From assembly GCA_049304095.1 (NCBI GenBank), contig JBAQNU010000029.1:34222-98221 (forward strand): 64,000 nt of DNA, read 5' to 3'. Below, piece by piece: positions 26,496 to 36,767 of the stretch. The notes below the pieces were generated by a model. It saw only the letters and a program-made list of their open reading frames with translations. It did no database searches and was not told the origin of the DNA. Numbering within the stretch: position 1 is the stretch's first letter; the number at the start of each line of letters is the position of its first letter. This stretch comes from Candidatus Moraniibacteriota bacterium (lineage in GTDB: Bacteria; Patescibacteriota; Minisyncoccia; Moranbacterales; UBA2206). Both the position numbers and the translations under genes were made by a program.

Positions 26496-27269
26496 ATGGC
26501 TTTTTTATTTAACGAACTGGTTTATCGCCCAATCTATAATCTTTTGATTTTTATCTATAACATACTGCCTTGGCATGATTTTGGTGTGGCGATCATTTTT
26601 GTGACTATAATTATTAAATTAGTGCTTGTCCCTCTGAGTAAAAAACAAATCGAGTCGCAAAAGAAAATGCAGGAACTTCAGCCAAAGCTGAAAGCCGTGC
26701 AAGATAAATATAAAAACGACAAGGAAAAGCAAACCAAGGCGGTGATGGAGTTTTATAAGGAAAATAAGGCTAATCCTTTTTCCGGTTGCTTGCCTTTGAT
26801 TTTTCAGATGGTTTTTCTGATTGCCATTTATCGCGTATTGTATAATATTTCTCAAAACGGGCTCATGGCAAATAGCGCTGATTTGTATGCTTTTGTGCAC
26901 AATCCTGGACAGATAAACCACTTTTTTCTAGGACTCGTTGATCTTTCTGGCGCGGCGATTAATTTTGGCGCGCTCAATGTGTCCACTGTCGCGCATATTC
27001 TTTTGGTCGTGGCGGCTGCCGGGGCGCAATATGTGCAGACTAAAATGCTAATGGCGACTAAAAAAGAAAAAGAAGTTGTCGTGAAAGATAAAAAAGACGC
27101 TAAGGAGCCAGATTTTGCCAGCATGATGTCTAAGCAGATGCTCTATCTTGCTCCGATTATGACTCTGTTTATTGGAATAAAATTTCCCGCCGGTCTTGCA
27201 TTGTATTGGCTGGTTTCAACTTTGTTTATGATTATACAGCAGAAACAGTTGGAGAAAAGAAAGAGTTGA
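26496..27269 (+). CDS. yidC: membrane protein insertase YidC (short form)
   Basis: Conserved rpmH-rnpA-yidC-jag order. Multi-TM protein with LPLIFQMVFLIAIY and a basic C-terminal tail. Confidence 0.85.
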   Translation: MAFLFNELVYRPIYNLLIFIYNILPWHDFGVAIIFVTIIIKLVLVPLSKKQIESQKKMQELQPKLKAVQDKYKNDKEKQTKAVMEFYKENKANPFSGCLPLIFQMVFLIAIYRVLYNISQNGLMANSADLYAFVHNPGQINHFFLGLVDLSGAAINFGALNVSTVAHILLVVAAAGAQYVQTKMLMATKKEKEVVVKDKKDAKEPDFASMMSKQMLYLAPIMTLFIGIKFPAGLALYWLVSTLFMIIQQKQLEKRKS

Positions 27270-27309
27270 AGCTGAAAAAGATAATTTAATTTTTTTATAA
27301 ATAATTTTT

Positions 27310-27783
27310 ATGGAAAAGAATCAGATAGAATGCGAAATTAGTGCTATCGCGCAGGAACTGCTTGAAAAGATGGGTTTTTCGGTGGAACTAGAGACAACGC
27401 AGAGCTCGGAAAGAGAAGGCGTTTTATTTATTTGCAATATCAAGACAGAGGAATCTAGCTTTCTTATTGGCCAATATGGCACCAATTTACAAGCCTTGCA
27501 ACACATTGTTCGCGTATTGGTGCGTAAGAGAATTGCTGAGCCGGTTAATTTTGTGTTAGACGTGAATGATTATCGCAAAGAAAAAAATGAGGCCATTTCA
27601 AGATTGGCGCTAAATTTAGCTTCTGAAGCTTGTGCCAAAAAAGAGGCTGTCGTTATGCGTCCAATGACGGCATATGAACGGCGGATTGTTCATATGGAAC
27701 TTGATAAAGATGATCGCGTGAAAGTGGTGAGTATTGGCGAGGGAGAAGAGAGGCGTATCGAGATCACCCCACTAGAGCGATAA
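27310..27783 (+). CDS. jag: Jag/KhpB RNA-binding protein (KH + R3H)
   Basis: R3H motif PMTAYERRIVHMEL. Positioned after yidC. Confidence 0.8.
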   Translation: MEKNQIECEISAIAQELLEKMGFSVELETTQSSEREGVLFICNIKTEESSFLIGQYGTNLQALQHIVRVLVRKRIAEPVNFVLDVNDYRKEKNEAISRLALNLASEACAKKEAVVMRPMTAYERRIVHMELDKDDRVKVVSIGEGEERRIEITPLER

Positions 27784-27848
27784 ATTTCAATTGCCGGACA
27801 GGGACTTGAATTGAAAATTTAAAATTATAAATTGAAAATTATACTTTT

Positions 27849-29291
27849 ATGGTTATTGCCAGAAAAATAGCCTATAACGTGCTCATTAGTAGCGTCTCAA
27901 AAGTCCTTTCTACGGTTTTGGCGTTAGTCTCGATTGGCTTTATTACGCGCTATTTGGGCAAAGATGGTTTTGGTGACTATGCCACAGTTCTCGCTTTTTT
28001 AGCTTTCTTTTCGGCCATTTCTGACCTTGGCCTCTATCAGTTTTCTACCAGAGAGATTTCTCGTCCCAAGGCGAATCAGAATGAGATCATGAGTAACGCT
28101 TTCTCAATGCGCGTTACTTTTTCTCTATTTGTTTTGCTACTTGCGTCACTATTGGTCTATTTTTTGCCCTACACCCCGGAAGTTAGGTGGGGCATTATTC
28201 TCGTGGCGGCTTCTTTTATTTTTTCTTCTAGCTATCAAGTGTTGAATGGTGTTTTCCAAAAACATCTAGCTATGGATCGCGTGGCTATCGCCGAGCTTTT
28301 AGGGAAAACCTTGCAGCTTTTGATGGTGATTTTGGCAATCAAGCTGCGCCTGGGATTCTCTTGGATCATGGCCTCTCTTTTGTTTAATATGGTTTTAAGT
28401 TTTGCGTTAATCTATTTTTGGTCAAAAAAATATTTGAAACTTTCTTGGCGCTTTGACTTTTCCTATTGGAAAGCCTTTCTTCGCGAATCCTATCCAATCG
28501 GCATTATGGCTATTGTGGTTTTTATTTATTTCAAGATGGACACAATCCTTCTTTCTATGCTCAAGAGCAATGTTGAAGTGGGAATTTATAATGTGGCCTA
28601 TAAGGTTTTGGAAAATATTACTTTTTTCCCAGCTATGATTGTCGGTCTTATTTTTCCCATTATTGCCGAGGCGATTTTTGTGGACAAGATGAGATTTCGG
28701 GATATTTCTAATAAAACATTTAAAGTGTTTGTGCTTCTCGTGTTTCCCCTGGTTATTGGTGCGGTTTTTCTTTCTGAGGGAGTCGTGAGTCTCATTGGAG
28801 GCGCTGGTTTTTTTGAATCTGCCAGCGTGCTGCGAATTTTAGTTTTTGCTTTAGCTGCCATATTTTTTAGTAATTTTTTCAATGCGATTCTCATTGCAGG
28901 AAATCTGCAAAAAAAACTGATGTACATTCTATCTTTTGCAGCCATTTTCAATGTGTCGGCAAATTTAATTTTTATCCCCTATTTTTCCTATTTGGCAGCT
29001 GCAGTTGTTTCTGTAGCAACTGAGGTGTTTGTGGCGGTTGCAGCGGGAATTTTAGTTTATCGAAAGCTAGATTATGCGCCAAAAGTATCGAAATTGGGAC
29101 GAATTTTTCTCTCTGGACTCATGATGTTTATTTTCTTGGTTATTTTTCACGGTAACAACTTCTATCTGGTTGGATTTTTCAGTATTTGTATATATGCTTT
29201 CTCGCTGTGGCTGTTTGGTGCAGTTGAAATCTCAGAGCTTTCCAGCATAATTAGCAAAAAAGGATTAAAAGATTATGAAACCATTTCCTAG
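27849..29291 (+). CDS. polysaccharide biosynthesis protein / oligosaccharide flippase (MOP superfamily, Wzx-like)
   Basis: 480 aa with about 12-14 TM helices. It leads a cluster of glycosyltransferases. Confidence 0.65.
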   Translation: MVIARKIAYNVLISSVSKVLSTVLALVSIGFITRYLGKDGFGDYATVLAFLAFFSAISDLGLYQFSTREISRPKANQNEIMSNAFSMRVTFSLFVLLLASLLVYFLPYTPEVRWGIILVAASFIFSSSYQVLNGVFQKHLAMDRVAIAELLGKTLQLLMVILAIKLRLGFSWIMASLLFNMVLSFALIYFWSKKYLKLSWRFDFSYWKAFLRESYPIGIMAIVVFIYFKMDTILLSMLKSNVEVGIYNVAYKVLENITFFPAMIVGLIFPIIAEAIFVDKMRFRDISNKTFKVFVLLVFPLVIGAVFLSEGVVSLIGGAGFFESASVLRILVFALAAIFFSNFFNAILIAGNLQKKLMYILSFAAIFNVSANLIFIPYFSYLAAAVVSVATEVFVAVAAGILVYRKLDYAPKVSKLGRIFLSGLMMFIFLVIFHGNNFYLVGFFSICIYAFSLWLFGAVEISELSSIISKKGLKDYETIS

Positions 29292-30126
29292 GGTTAGTAT
29301 TGTAGTTTTGAATTATAATGGAAAAGATGATTTGCGAAGATGTCTCATCAGTCTTTTTCGTCTGAATTATCCCAATTTCGAAGTGGTGGTGGTGGATAAC
29401 GCTAGCGAGGATGGTTCCCTGGAGGAGGCTAAGCAATTTTTCCCTAAAGTTAGTTACATTAAAAATGATCAAAATCTGGGTTTTTCGGCGGGCAACAACG
29501 TGGGAATTCGCTATTCTTTAGAAAAAATGGCTGATTTTGTGTTGCTTTTGAATAATGACACGGAAGTAGAAGAGAATTTTTTGACAAAAATAGTTGATGA
29601 GGCGCAGAAGAATCCAAGGGCGGGCTTGGTTAGTCCACTGATTTTGGCGGGCAGTGCGGAGGACGTGTGGTTTTCCGGTGCAAAAATTGATTGGCTGCGC
29701 ATGAAAACACTACATATTGATGGGGCGCTTGACGCTCTTTCTGGTTGCGCAATGCTTATTCGCGCGGAAGTTTTCGCAAAAATCGGTCTTTTTGATGAAG
29801 ACTTTTTTCTCTACTGGGAGGATACAGACTTTTCGCTAAGAGCTAGGCGGGCCGGGTTTGAGAGTTTACTTGTGCGCGAAGCAGTTGTGCGTCATTTTGA
29901 AAAAAGTGAAAAAAACAAAAAAAACAAAACTTATTGGCTGGTGCTTTCAGGACTAATTTTTTTCCAGAAAAATTCCTCCAATTATCTTAAAGCTTGGTAT
30001 GGTTTCTATGTGTATTTGCGTAAAATAAAAAATAAACTTGATTTAAGAAAAGATGCGCATAATGAAATTGCGCAAGCTGTGCAAAAGGCTTACCGGGATT
30101 TTAAGCAGTTTAGAGCTAAACAATGA
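29275..30126 (+). CDS. family 2 glycosyltransferase
   Basis: VSIVVLNYNGKDDL....VVVVDNASEDGS is a GT2 N-terminal signature. Confidence 0.8.
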   Translation: MKPFPRVSIVVLNYNGKDDLRRCLISLFRLNYPNFEVVVVDNASEDGSLEEAKQFFPKVSYIKNDQNLGFSAGNNVGIRYSLEKMADFVLLLNNDTEVEENFLTKIVDEAQKNPRAGLVSPLILAGSAEDVWFSGAKIDWLRMKTLHIDGALDALSGCAMLIRAEVFAKIGLFDEDFFLYWEDTDFSLRARRAGFESLLVREAVVRHFEKSEKNKKNKTYWLVLSGLIFFQKNSSNYLKAWYGFYVYLRKIKNKLDLRKDAHNEIAQAVQKAYRDFKQFRAKQ

Positions 30127-30896
30127 AACTCTCAATTATTATTGTAAACTATCAAAGCCGGAGTTATCTGGAGCAGTGTTTGCAATCAGTTTTTGATAAA
30201 ATTAACAACGCCTGCGAATTTGAAGTAATTGTTGTGAATAATGGACTTGAGCAGGAACTGTTTGGCTTGGTGGCGCTTTTCCCGCAGCTGAAAATTGTGC
30301 AAAATCAGCAAAATCTTGGTTTTGGCCACGGTAATAATTTAGGCGCGCAGTTAGCTCAGGGAGAAATCCTGTTTTTTCTTAATCCAGATGCAGAAATTTT
30401 TTCTAAAGATATCTCTTTAGTGATTCGCCAGTTTGAGAAAAATAATAATATTGGCATTGTTGGCAGTCGGCTACTTACGGAAAAAAGGGAGGTGCAGGAA
30501 TGGAGCGCGGGACGTGAAATAAACCTAGTTCAAATTTTGAAAAATAACCTAGGGCAAAAGGAAATTTTAGGCGAGAAAGAGCAAGAATTGTCTTGGGTGT
30601 CCGGCACCGCGATGTTTGTGAGAAAAAGTCTTTTTGAAAAGCTTGGTGGTTTTGATTCGCGATTCTTTATGTATTTTGAAGACGTGGATTTGTGCACGCG
30701 TGCAAGAAAACTGGGTCAAGTGGTGCTCTATTTTCCTGCTTTTTCGGTTGTGCACCATGGTGGTAAGAGTTATGGCGAAAAAAGAACCCAAAAGAAAAAT
30801 TACTATGAGTCTCAGGATTATTATTTTCAAAAACATTATGGACTGGGAAAGATGTGGTTACTAAAAATATTACGCACCATCACTTATGTTTTTTAG
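30123..30896 (+). CDS. family 2 glycosyltransferase
   Basis: LSIIIVNYQSRSYL...VIVVNNG plus the YFEDVDLCTRA motif. Confidence 0.8.
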   Translation: MKLSIIIVNYQSRSYLEQCLQSVFDKINNACEFEVIVVNNGLEQELFGLVALFPQLKIVQNQQNLGFGHGNNLGAQLAQGEILFFLNPDAEIFSKDISLVIRQFEKNNNIGIVGSRLLTEKREVQEWSAGREINLVQILKNNLGQKEILGEKEQELSWVSGTAMFVRKSLFEKLGGFDSRFFMYFEDVDLCTRARKLGQVVLYFPAFSVVHHGGKSYGEKRTQKKNYYESQDYYFQKHYGLGKMWLLKILRTITYVF

Positions 30897-32151
30897 ACTT
30901 TGTCTAATTTTTTGTTTCTATTTGCCATTTCAGCTGGCACTTAACCCAAGTGCGGGAATTGATTTGGCGAGTGGTCGAGTGTTTATTTTGCTACTCTTTT
31001 TTTTGTGGCTTTTGGAAGGACTGAAAAATAAAAAGGTGCTTATTGGCAATAGCTTGGCTAATTTTTTTGTGGTTTGTTTTTTGGCTGTAAATTTATTTTC
31101 ATTAGCAGTTGCCAAAAATACTGATTGGTCGGCGCGAAAATTGTTGTTTTTGTTTTCTGTTTTTCCCTTGTATTTTGTTTTTTCAACTCTCGCTGATACA
31201 AAAGAAAAGCTTGAGCGAGTTATGAAAACATTGGTGGTTAGCGGTTTTGTTGTGGCAACCATGGCGCTAGTCCAATTCTTTTTTCAATTTATTTTTGGCT
31301 TGAATCGGGTTTATCAGTTTTGGGCAGCTTTTATTTCACCTGTTTTTTTGGGTCATAATGTGACAGCGGCAGTTTTGAAAAATCCTAGTTGGCTGGTGAA
31401 TATTTCTGGGACGACCTATTTGCGCGCTGTGGCAACCTTTCCTGATCCACACATGCTAGCCTTTTTTTTAGGCATGCTTCTTCCTCTTGCGTTGGGACTA
31501 TATTTAAAAAGCAAAAGGAGGATTTATCTAGTGGCTTTTTTTGTGATGTTTCTAGCTGATCTTTTGACTTTTTCTCGGGGAGGATATCTGGGCCTATTTG
31601 CGGGCTTTCTTTTGGCGATTGGTTTTTTTTGGAATAGGCTGGGCAAATCAGCAAGAACGGGTTTTGGGGTTGTTTTTTTGGCCGGAGCGATAATGCTTTT
31701 TGTTCCTGGTCCGATCTCAGAGCGCTTCGTTTCCAGTTTTAACTTCAAGGAAGGGTCAAATATGGGCAGGATTGAAACTTGGAAAAAGGCGGGAAAAATA
31801 ATTAGGGAGCATCCTTTTTTGGGCGTCGGCATTGGCAATTATGCATTGGAAATTGATCCAAAAGCGGATTATCGTGATCCAATTTATGCGCACAGTCTCT
31901 ATTTGGATGTTGCGGCAGAAACAGGACTACTTGGTCTTTTGGCTTGGCTTGGCTTTCTAGTTGCGCTGAGCGTGGGTTTTTTAAAAAAGGCAAGCAGGGA
32001 AACTTATTTTTTCTGGCTCTTTTTAAGTCTAGTGGTTTTTTCTGCGCACGCGCTGGTGGAGACACCGCTCTATTCCCCGATAATTTTACCCTTATTTCTA
32101 ATTATTGCCTCTTTGGGCGTTGTGAAAATTACCGATGAAAAAAATAATTAA
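30886..32151 (+). CDS. O-antigen ligase / polymerase-like (Wzy/WaaL family) membrane protein
   Basis: 421 aa polytopic protein with a large loop carrying AHSLYLDVAAETGLLGL (the Wzy_C-like H...E.G motif). Confidence 0.6.
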   Translation: MFFRLCLIFCFYLPFQLALNPSAGIDLASGRVFILLLFFLWLLEGLKNKKVLIGNSLANFFVVCFLAVNLFSLAVAKNTDWSARKLLFLFSVFPLYFVFSTLADTKEKLERVMKTLVVSGFVVATMALVQFFFQFIFGLNRVYQFWAAFISPVFLGHNVTAAVLKNPSWLVNISGTTYLRAVATFPDPHMLAFFLGMLLPLALGLYLKSKRRIYLVAFFVMFLADLLTFSRGGYLGLFAGFLLAIGFFWNRLGKSARTGFGVVFLAGAIMLFVPGPISERFVSSFNFKEGSNMGRIETWKKAGKIIREHPFLGVGIGNYALEIDPKADYRDPIYAHSLYLDVAAETGLLGLLAWLGFLVALSVGFLKKASRETYFFWLFLSLVVFSAHALVETPLYSPIILPLFLIIASLGVVKITDEKNN

Positions 32152-33298
32152 GCTGGAGAATTTGATTTATTTTTCAATACTGGCTTTGCCAAGTTATCTT
32201 TGGAAAGTGAGTTTTTTTGGTTTGCCAAGTAATCTTTTGGAAGTATTGATTGGAGTCTGTTTAGTTTGGTGGCTATTGCTCCGGGCGAAAAAAAATAGTT
32301 GGCTTGATTTTTTTGGAAAGTATAAAGCATTTTTTTTACCAGTTGGCTTGATTTTTTTAGGTTTTATTTTGTCAATGTGTATAAATAAAAGTTATGTGGT
32401 AAGCGCAGGAAGCATAAAGGCTTGGTTTGTTTTGCCGATACTTTTTTCTTTTGTGGCGATTTCTGCTATCAAAAAAGAGAGACGAGCTGCTCTGTTTGGC
32501 GCCTACTATGCATCTGCAAGCTTCGTTGCGATAATCTCACTCGCCTATTTCATTTCCGGTCGCTTGACGTATGATGGAAGACTTGCGGGCATCTTTAACT
32601 CTCCCAATTATTTGGCGATGTATCTGGCGCCGGCTATTTTTGTGGGTTATTTCTTGCTTTTTCCAGAAACGAAAATAAAGCGCTGGCAAAAAGGCATTCT
32701 ATTTTTGCTGAGCTTGCTTATATTTGCGGTTTATCTGACTTATTCTTATGCGACGTGGCTAGCACTGGCGGTGGCTTTTGCACTAGTGTTTGTAATAGAA
32801 AAGAAGGCGATTTTCCGTAAGGCTTTCGCAGTCTTTCTGATTATAGGGACGCTTATTTTTCTTCAGCTAGGAAAGGATAAATTTTCCAATCTCATTAGCT
32901 TTGATGCAAGATCATCTTTGACGTCAAGAGAAATGATTTGGCGATCAGCTGAAAAAATGATTAGAGAGGATTGGCTTTGGGGCATTGGCGTGGGGAATTT
33001 TCAAACCAAATATCTGGAGTATCAAAAATATTTTTCGCCCTATTTAGAATGGGCAGTGCCTCATCCGCATAATTTATATCTCGCTTTTTGGCTTTATGCA
33101 GGACTGATTGGTTTGGTTAGTTTTTTTTGGCTGATTATTCTTTGGTTTCGAGCTATTTTTGCACAACAAAAAAATCCCAATTTAAAACTTATGGGACTGG
33201 GCATAATGCTCTATATTCTCCTGCACGGTCTTTTTGATACGACCTATTTTAAAAATGACCTAGCGGTCATTTTTTGGCTCCTATTCACATTGCTTTAA
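32135..33298 (+). CDS. second O-antigen ligase / polymerase-like membrane protein
   Basis: 387 aa polytopic protein with HPHNLYLAFWLYAGLIGL (Wzy_C-like). Confidence 0.6.
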   Translation: MKKIIKLENLIYFSILALPSYLWKVSFFGLPSNLLEVLIGVCLVWWLLLRAKKNSWLDFFGKYKAFFLPVGLIFLGFILSMCINKSYVVSAGSIKAWFVLPILFSFVAISAIKKERRAALFGAYYASASFVAIISLAYFISGRLTYDGRLAGIFNSPNYLAMYLAPAIFVGYFLLFPETKIKRWQKGILFLLSLLIFAVYLTYSYATWLALAVAFALVFVIEKKAIFRKAFAVFLIIGTLIFLQLGKDKFSNLISFDARSSLTSREMIWRSAEKMIREDWLWGIGVGNFQTKYLEYQKYFSPYLEWAVPHPHNLYLAFWLYAGLIGLVSFFWLIILWFRAIFAQQKNPNLKLMGLGIMLYILLHGLFDTTYFKNDLAVIFWLLFTLL

Positions 33299-33301
33299 CG
33301 G

Positions 33302-34462
33302 CTAAAGAGTGATGCGATAGATTTTTCCATCAGTACGATTTTGGAAAAAAAGCAAGCTTTCATCGGAATTGAGAAAAAGATTGGTGGCGTCATATTTTTG
33401 ATCAATTTTAGTAGGTTCGATGAGGCGTGATTTTTCTCCCGTTTGGGTGTTTATGCGCCAAAAAGTATCTGCAGTAAAAAATTTTCCATTATCATAATCA
33501 TTGGGCAAAACGGCATTTACTGGGATTTCTCCAGGGAGGGCGCAAAGAATGGTTTTGTTGTCACCAAGCCAAGTGCATTTAGACGCAAAAGTTGGTGTAT
33601 TGAGGTTTTTCAACTCTCCCCCATTAGAATTGATAGTAGACAGCTGGATTTTTGTTCCACCCTTGGAATCGGAACTGCTAATAAGTGCGTTTGTGCCGGT
33701 TCTGTTCCAGAGATAATCAGCGCCATAAGCTTCTTTGAAGATTTCCTTTTCCGCTCCACCCATAAGGGGAAGAGTTTTGAGACTAGTGGTAAAAAAAGCA
33801 TCAGGCTTATTCCAATAGGAAATTAACCCTCCTGTTCCAGGAATCGTGGCGATTTTGATGTTTCCAGTGGTAAGATCTGTTAGTTTTTTCCAATTAGTTC
33901 CATCAGGAGCGGAAAGATTAAGCGTGCTTTTCTTGCTCTTGGGATCGAAGTATTTGTAGAAAATAAGGTTGTTGCTGTTTTGCCAAGTGATCGAGTCGAT
34001 GTTTTCAGGAAGAGGACTGCTTTTAAGAGTGGCATAATCATAGGAATAGAAGTTAGCATTTCCTCCATTTACTATTTTTGTGATTACCTTGCTTTTGTCT
34101 GGGGACCATAGCACAAAAACTAGGCCAGGTAATGTTTTTGCGGAAAGTGTTCTTTTGCCGTTACCATCAAAATCAACCTGATAAACTTGGCCAGAGAGTT
34201 TGGAATAATATTTGATTGCGCTTTCACCGCTTGCAATGGTTGGAGCGAGCACAGCTTCATCGCTAAGGGCTAGAATTGGCGCAAGGCTCATTTTTGGGGC
34301 CTCATTGGGTGTTTCTGTTTGTGGTTTGGGATTCGTGTTCTCAATTGTAGCTATGGGCGTGGGAGCTGTTTTTTTGAAAGCGAGATTATAGATGCCAAAA
34401 AACAAAAGCGAGAGGCAAAAGAGGGTTAATGAAATATAGAAAATCAATTTACTTTTAGGCAT
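33302..34462 (-). CDS. secreted/anchored hypothetical protein, probable beta-propeller fold
   Basis: N-terminal signal anchor. Repetitive S/T/N/G-rich blades such as LISYWNKPD and IYRITL. This is the last gene of the minus-strand T4SS-like array. Confidence 0.4.
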   Translation of the reverse strand: MPKSKLIFYISLTLFCLSLLFFGIYNLAFKKTAPTPIATIENTNPKPQTETPNEAPKMSLAPILALSDEAVLAPTIASGESAIKYYSKLSGQVYQVDFDGNGKRTLSAKTLPGLVFVLWSPDKSKVITKIVNGGNANFYSYDYATLKSSPLPENIDSITWQNSNNLIFYKYFDPKSKKSTLNLSAPDGTNWKKLTDLTTGNIKIATIPGTGGLISYWNKPDAFFTTSLKTLPLMGGAEKEIFKEAYGADYLWNRTGTNALISSSDSKGGTKIQLSTINSNGGELKNLNTPTFASKCTWLGDNKTILCALPGEIPVNAVLPNDYDNGKFFTADTFWRINTQTGEKSRLIEPTKIDQKYDATNLFLNSDESLLFFQNRTDGKIYRITL

Positions 34463-34485
34463 AACTCTTGTTTTCGTTAAAAAGA

Positions 34486-35394
34486 TTATAAACCGGCATC
34501 ACACCCACAACCACCAGGAACGCTGATGTGTGTGTGCGTCCCTTCGGCTTTATGTTTTGCATTGCATTTGTCGGCAGCAGCGTCAATTGTGCTGTTAACT
34601 TCAGACACATCAATTGCGTATGATTTTCCGGCGCAACTAGCGTTGGTTCCACCATAGTGACAGGAGGTTTTGGCGTGATGGCAGCAGTTTTGTTGTGAAT
34701 CTTCGGTGCATTGAATCCAGGAAGGGTTGTTTCCATAGCAATTAGCTCCACCACCATTATTGTCAGAAATTGAATTTATGGTAAAGTTGCCTGCCCCACC
34801 TAGTTTTTCCGCGAGGCAATTGAGCAGAAGCTGTAGGTCTGATGATGCATCGCCATTGGTATATTGAGCTTTAATATTGTCTGTTTGGAATTTTAATGAG
34901 TTGGCATCGGTAACGGTACTAACAACCGGAATACCTGATCCGCTTGTGGCAGTGACAGTGGCGCTCTCAACCGAACAAGAAAATTTATACCAACCGTCTT
35001 TTTGAATGCCGAGGTCAGTTTTTACAGATAAGAGTGTGAGTGTTGTATTGATAATAAGCCAAGCTCCAAGCATGATAGCAAAACCGATTAAGGAATTAGT
35101 CAATAGTCCTTTTGCTGATGTGATTAGGCCAGGATTGCCGGAAGAAATGATATACATTACACCGGAAATGGTAACGGCAGTGATTGCGGCGACAACGAGA
35201 ATGGTCATACCCCAATCTAGGAGACCTTTGAAGCCGACAATGAGGTGGCAAAGTGTGCAAGGATCAGTCGCGCCAGTGCCACAAGGCACAAGCCCACTGG
35301 CAGCGGAAGCAAAGCGAAAAAAACCAAAGATAACGAGAAAAACTAAGAAAAAAGAAACGCTAAGAGCTGATTTTTTAATAAATATTTTTTGCAT
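34486..35394 (-). CDS. VirB2/TrbC-like pilin-type protein (signal peptide plus two TM helices) with a Cys-rich C-terminal domain
   Basis: Topology: signal peptide, PCGTGATDPCTLC, TM (MTILVVAAITAVTISGVMYIISSGN), TM (LIGFAIMLGAWLIINTTLTLL), then a roughly 170-aa Cys-rich domain. Start taken at the internal MQKIFIKK (35394) to avoid overlapping the upstream gene. Confidence 0.45.
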   Translation of the reverse strand: MQKIFIKKSALSVSFFLVFLVIFGFFRFASAASGLVPCGTGATDPCTLCHLIVGFKGLLDWGMTILVVAAITAVTISGVMYIISSGNPGLITSAKGLLTNSLIGFAIMLGAWLIINTTLTLLSVKTDLGIQKDGWYKFSCSVESATVTATSGSGIPVVSTVTDANSLKFQTDNIKAQYTNGDASSDLQLLLNCLAEKLGGAGNFTINSISDNNGGGANCYGNNPSWIQCTEDSQQNCCHHAKTSCHYGGTNASCAGKSYAIDVSEVNSTIDAAADKCNAKHKAEGTHTHISVPGGCGCDAGL

Positions 35395-35407
35395 AAGACA
35401 TTTTAAA

Positions 35408-35848
35408 TTATTTAGGAAAAGCTTTCCCATTAGGACAAAAGCTGAGGCGATAGTTTTTTCCAGAAGCGTTTTCATTAACATCAAAAGGGACGGACAGGGT
35501 TACTTTTAGTTTGCAAGCAGCTGCTTTGGTGATGTCGAGTGTCTTCAGGAAATCTTTTTCTGCTGCATCTCGAGCGGCTTGAATATTGGGATTAAGAATA
35601 GCGATAATAAATCCTTGATCTTGCGGATAATAATCAATGGAATAGTTGGTGTTTTCCTTAAAGTTGACACCGTCCATGGAAAGAGGCTTTCCGCTGGGAA
35701 GTTTATGTGGATCGTTAATGGAAACTGTTCCGCTGGGCGTTTTTACAATTAATTGATTTTCTTTTTGGGGAAAAACAAAATAAATAATTAGGCCAATGAT
35801 TGTTAGGCCAAGAAAAATAGATAAAAGTATGGTTGCCTTTTTGGACAT
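35408..35848 (-). CDS. small membrane-anchored hypothetical protein
   Basis: N-terminal TM (MSKKATILLSIFLGLTIIGLIIYFVF) followed by a periplasmic domain. Start taken at the internal Met. Confidence 0.4.
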   Translation of the reverse strand: MSKKATILLSIFLGLTIIGLIIYFVFPQKENQLIVKTPSGTVSINDPHKLPSGKPLSMDGVNFKENTNYSIDYYPQDQGFIIAILNPNIQAARDAAEKDFLKTLDITKAAACKLKVTLSVPFDVNENASGKNYRLSFCPNGKAFPK

Positions 35849-35879
35849 AAGATGAATATAAAATGAATTAGTAGAAAAA

Positions 35880-36767
35880 CTAATTAGGAAAACCGCACTC
35901 TGAATTGGCTCCCCACTTACCCCAGTGTGTTCCATTACTAGAAAGGGCGCAAGCGGTTTGAATGTTGCAATCTTTGTTGGTGGCGGAGTCTACACAACTA
36001 GTATAATTTGTCCCTTTAGTGCAATAAACATTCTTCTTTTTCCCAGTGTACATTGGTGCGGCGGCGGAAGTGGCGCAGGTTTGTTGAGAACAAGAACTGC
36101 CCGTGAGATTGTTAGCAGAAAGGTTGATTTGAAATAGTCCCAAGGAAATTGAAAAGTTTTCTGGCTGGCACTTGTCACCACTTTCTTTGTTTTCCTGTCC
36201 ACTGCTTTCTTTCATGCAAATAGCCGAGGCCATTTCAGCATTAGTGCCAAAGCAAGTATTTTTAAGGTTTTCAACTGAGCAGGGACCAGTTGTAATCGGC
36301 TCGCATTTTCCTGTCCCCCCGCTACCACCGCTACCGCCACTACCGCCACTAATACCATTAGTAACTCCGCCACTAATCATATCCGGTAGACTAATTTGTA
36401 AAAGTGCAGGATTGATGGTGTAGAGCAGAACATAGGAAACCATAGCCAGGACTACGCCGGAGATAGCATCAATAATTATTCCTTTGGCTTTATTGGCAGA
36501 ATTGGAATTGCCGGCGCTGGTTATATACATAAACGCACCAATGGAAATCATAACCATCGCCGAGATGCCAATAGTCCAAAGGCCAAATTTATAGATAGCT
36601 GTTAGATATCCGCTATAGCTTGTCGGCCTGTCAAATCCAGGAATTTCTTCCATTGGAGTATAGACTAATTCTTCGGCACTTAGCGTGGCATAGGAAAATG
36701 TCGGCAAAAAAAGCACCAAGAAAAGCAAGGAAAATAGTATTTTTTTGAAATTGATTTTAATATTCAT
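35880..36767 (-). CDS. second VirB2/TrbC-like pilin-type protein with a Gly-Ser linker and a Cys-rich C-terminal domain containing an SLT-like (lytic transglycosylase) motif
   Basis: Signal peptide, then TM (LWTIGISAMVMISIGAFMYITSAGN), TM (IIDAISGVVLAMVSYVLLYTINPALL), a (GGS)n linker, and CMKESSGQENKES...SLGLFQIN, which resembles the SLT family E-S...GLMQ catalytic motif. Start taken at the internal MNIKINF. Confidence 0.45.
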   Translation of the reverse strand: MNIKINFKKILFSLLFLVLFLPTFSYATLSAEELVYTPMEEIPGFDRPTSYSGYLTAIYKFGLWTIGISAMVMISIGAFMYITSAGNSNSANKAKGIIIDAISGVVLAMVSYVLLYTINPALLQISLPDMISGGVTNGISGGSGGSGGSGGTGKCEPITTGPCSVENLKNTCFGTNAEMASAICMKESSGQENKESGDKCQPENFSISLGLFQINLSANNLTGSSCSQQTCATSAAAPMYTGKKKNVYCTKGTNYTSCVDSATNKDCNIQTACALSSNGTHWGKWGANSECGFPN

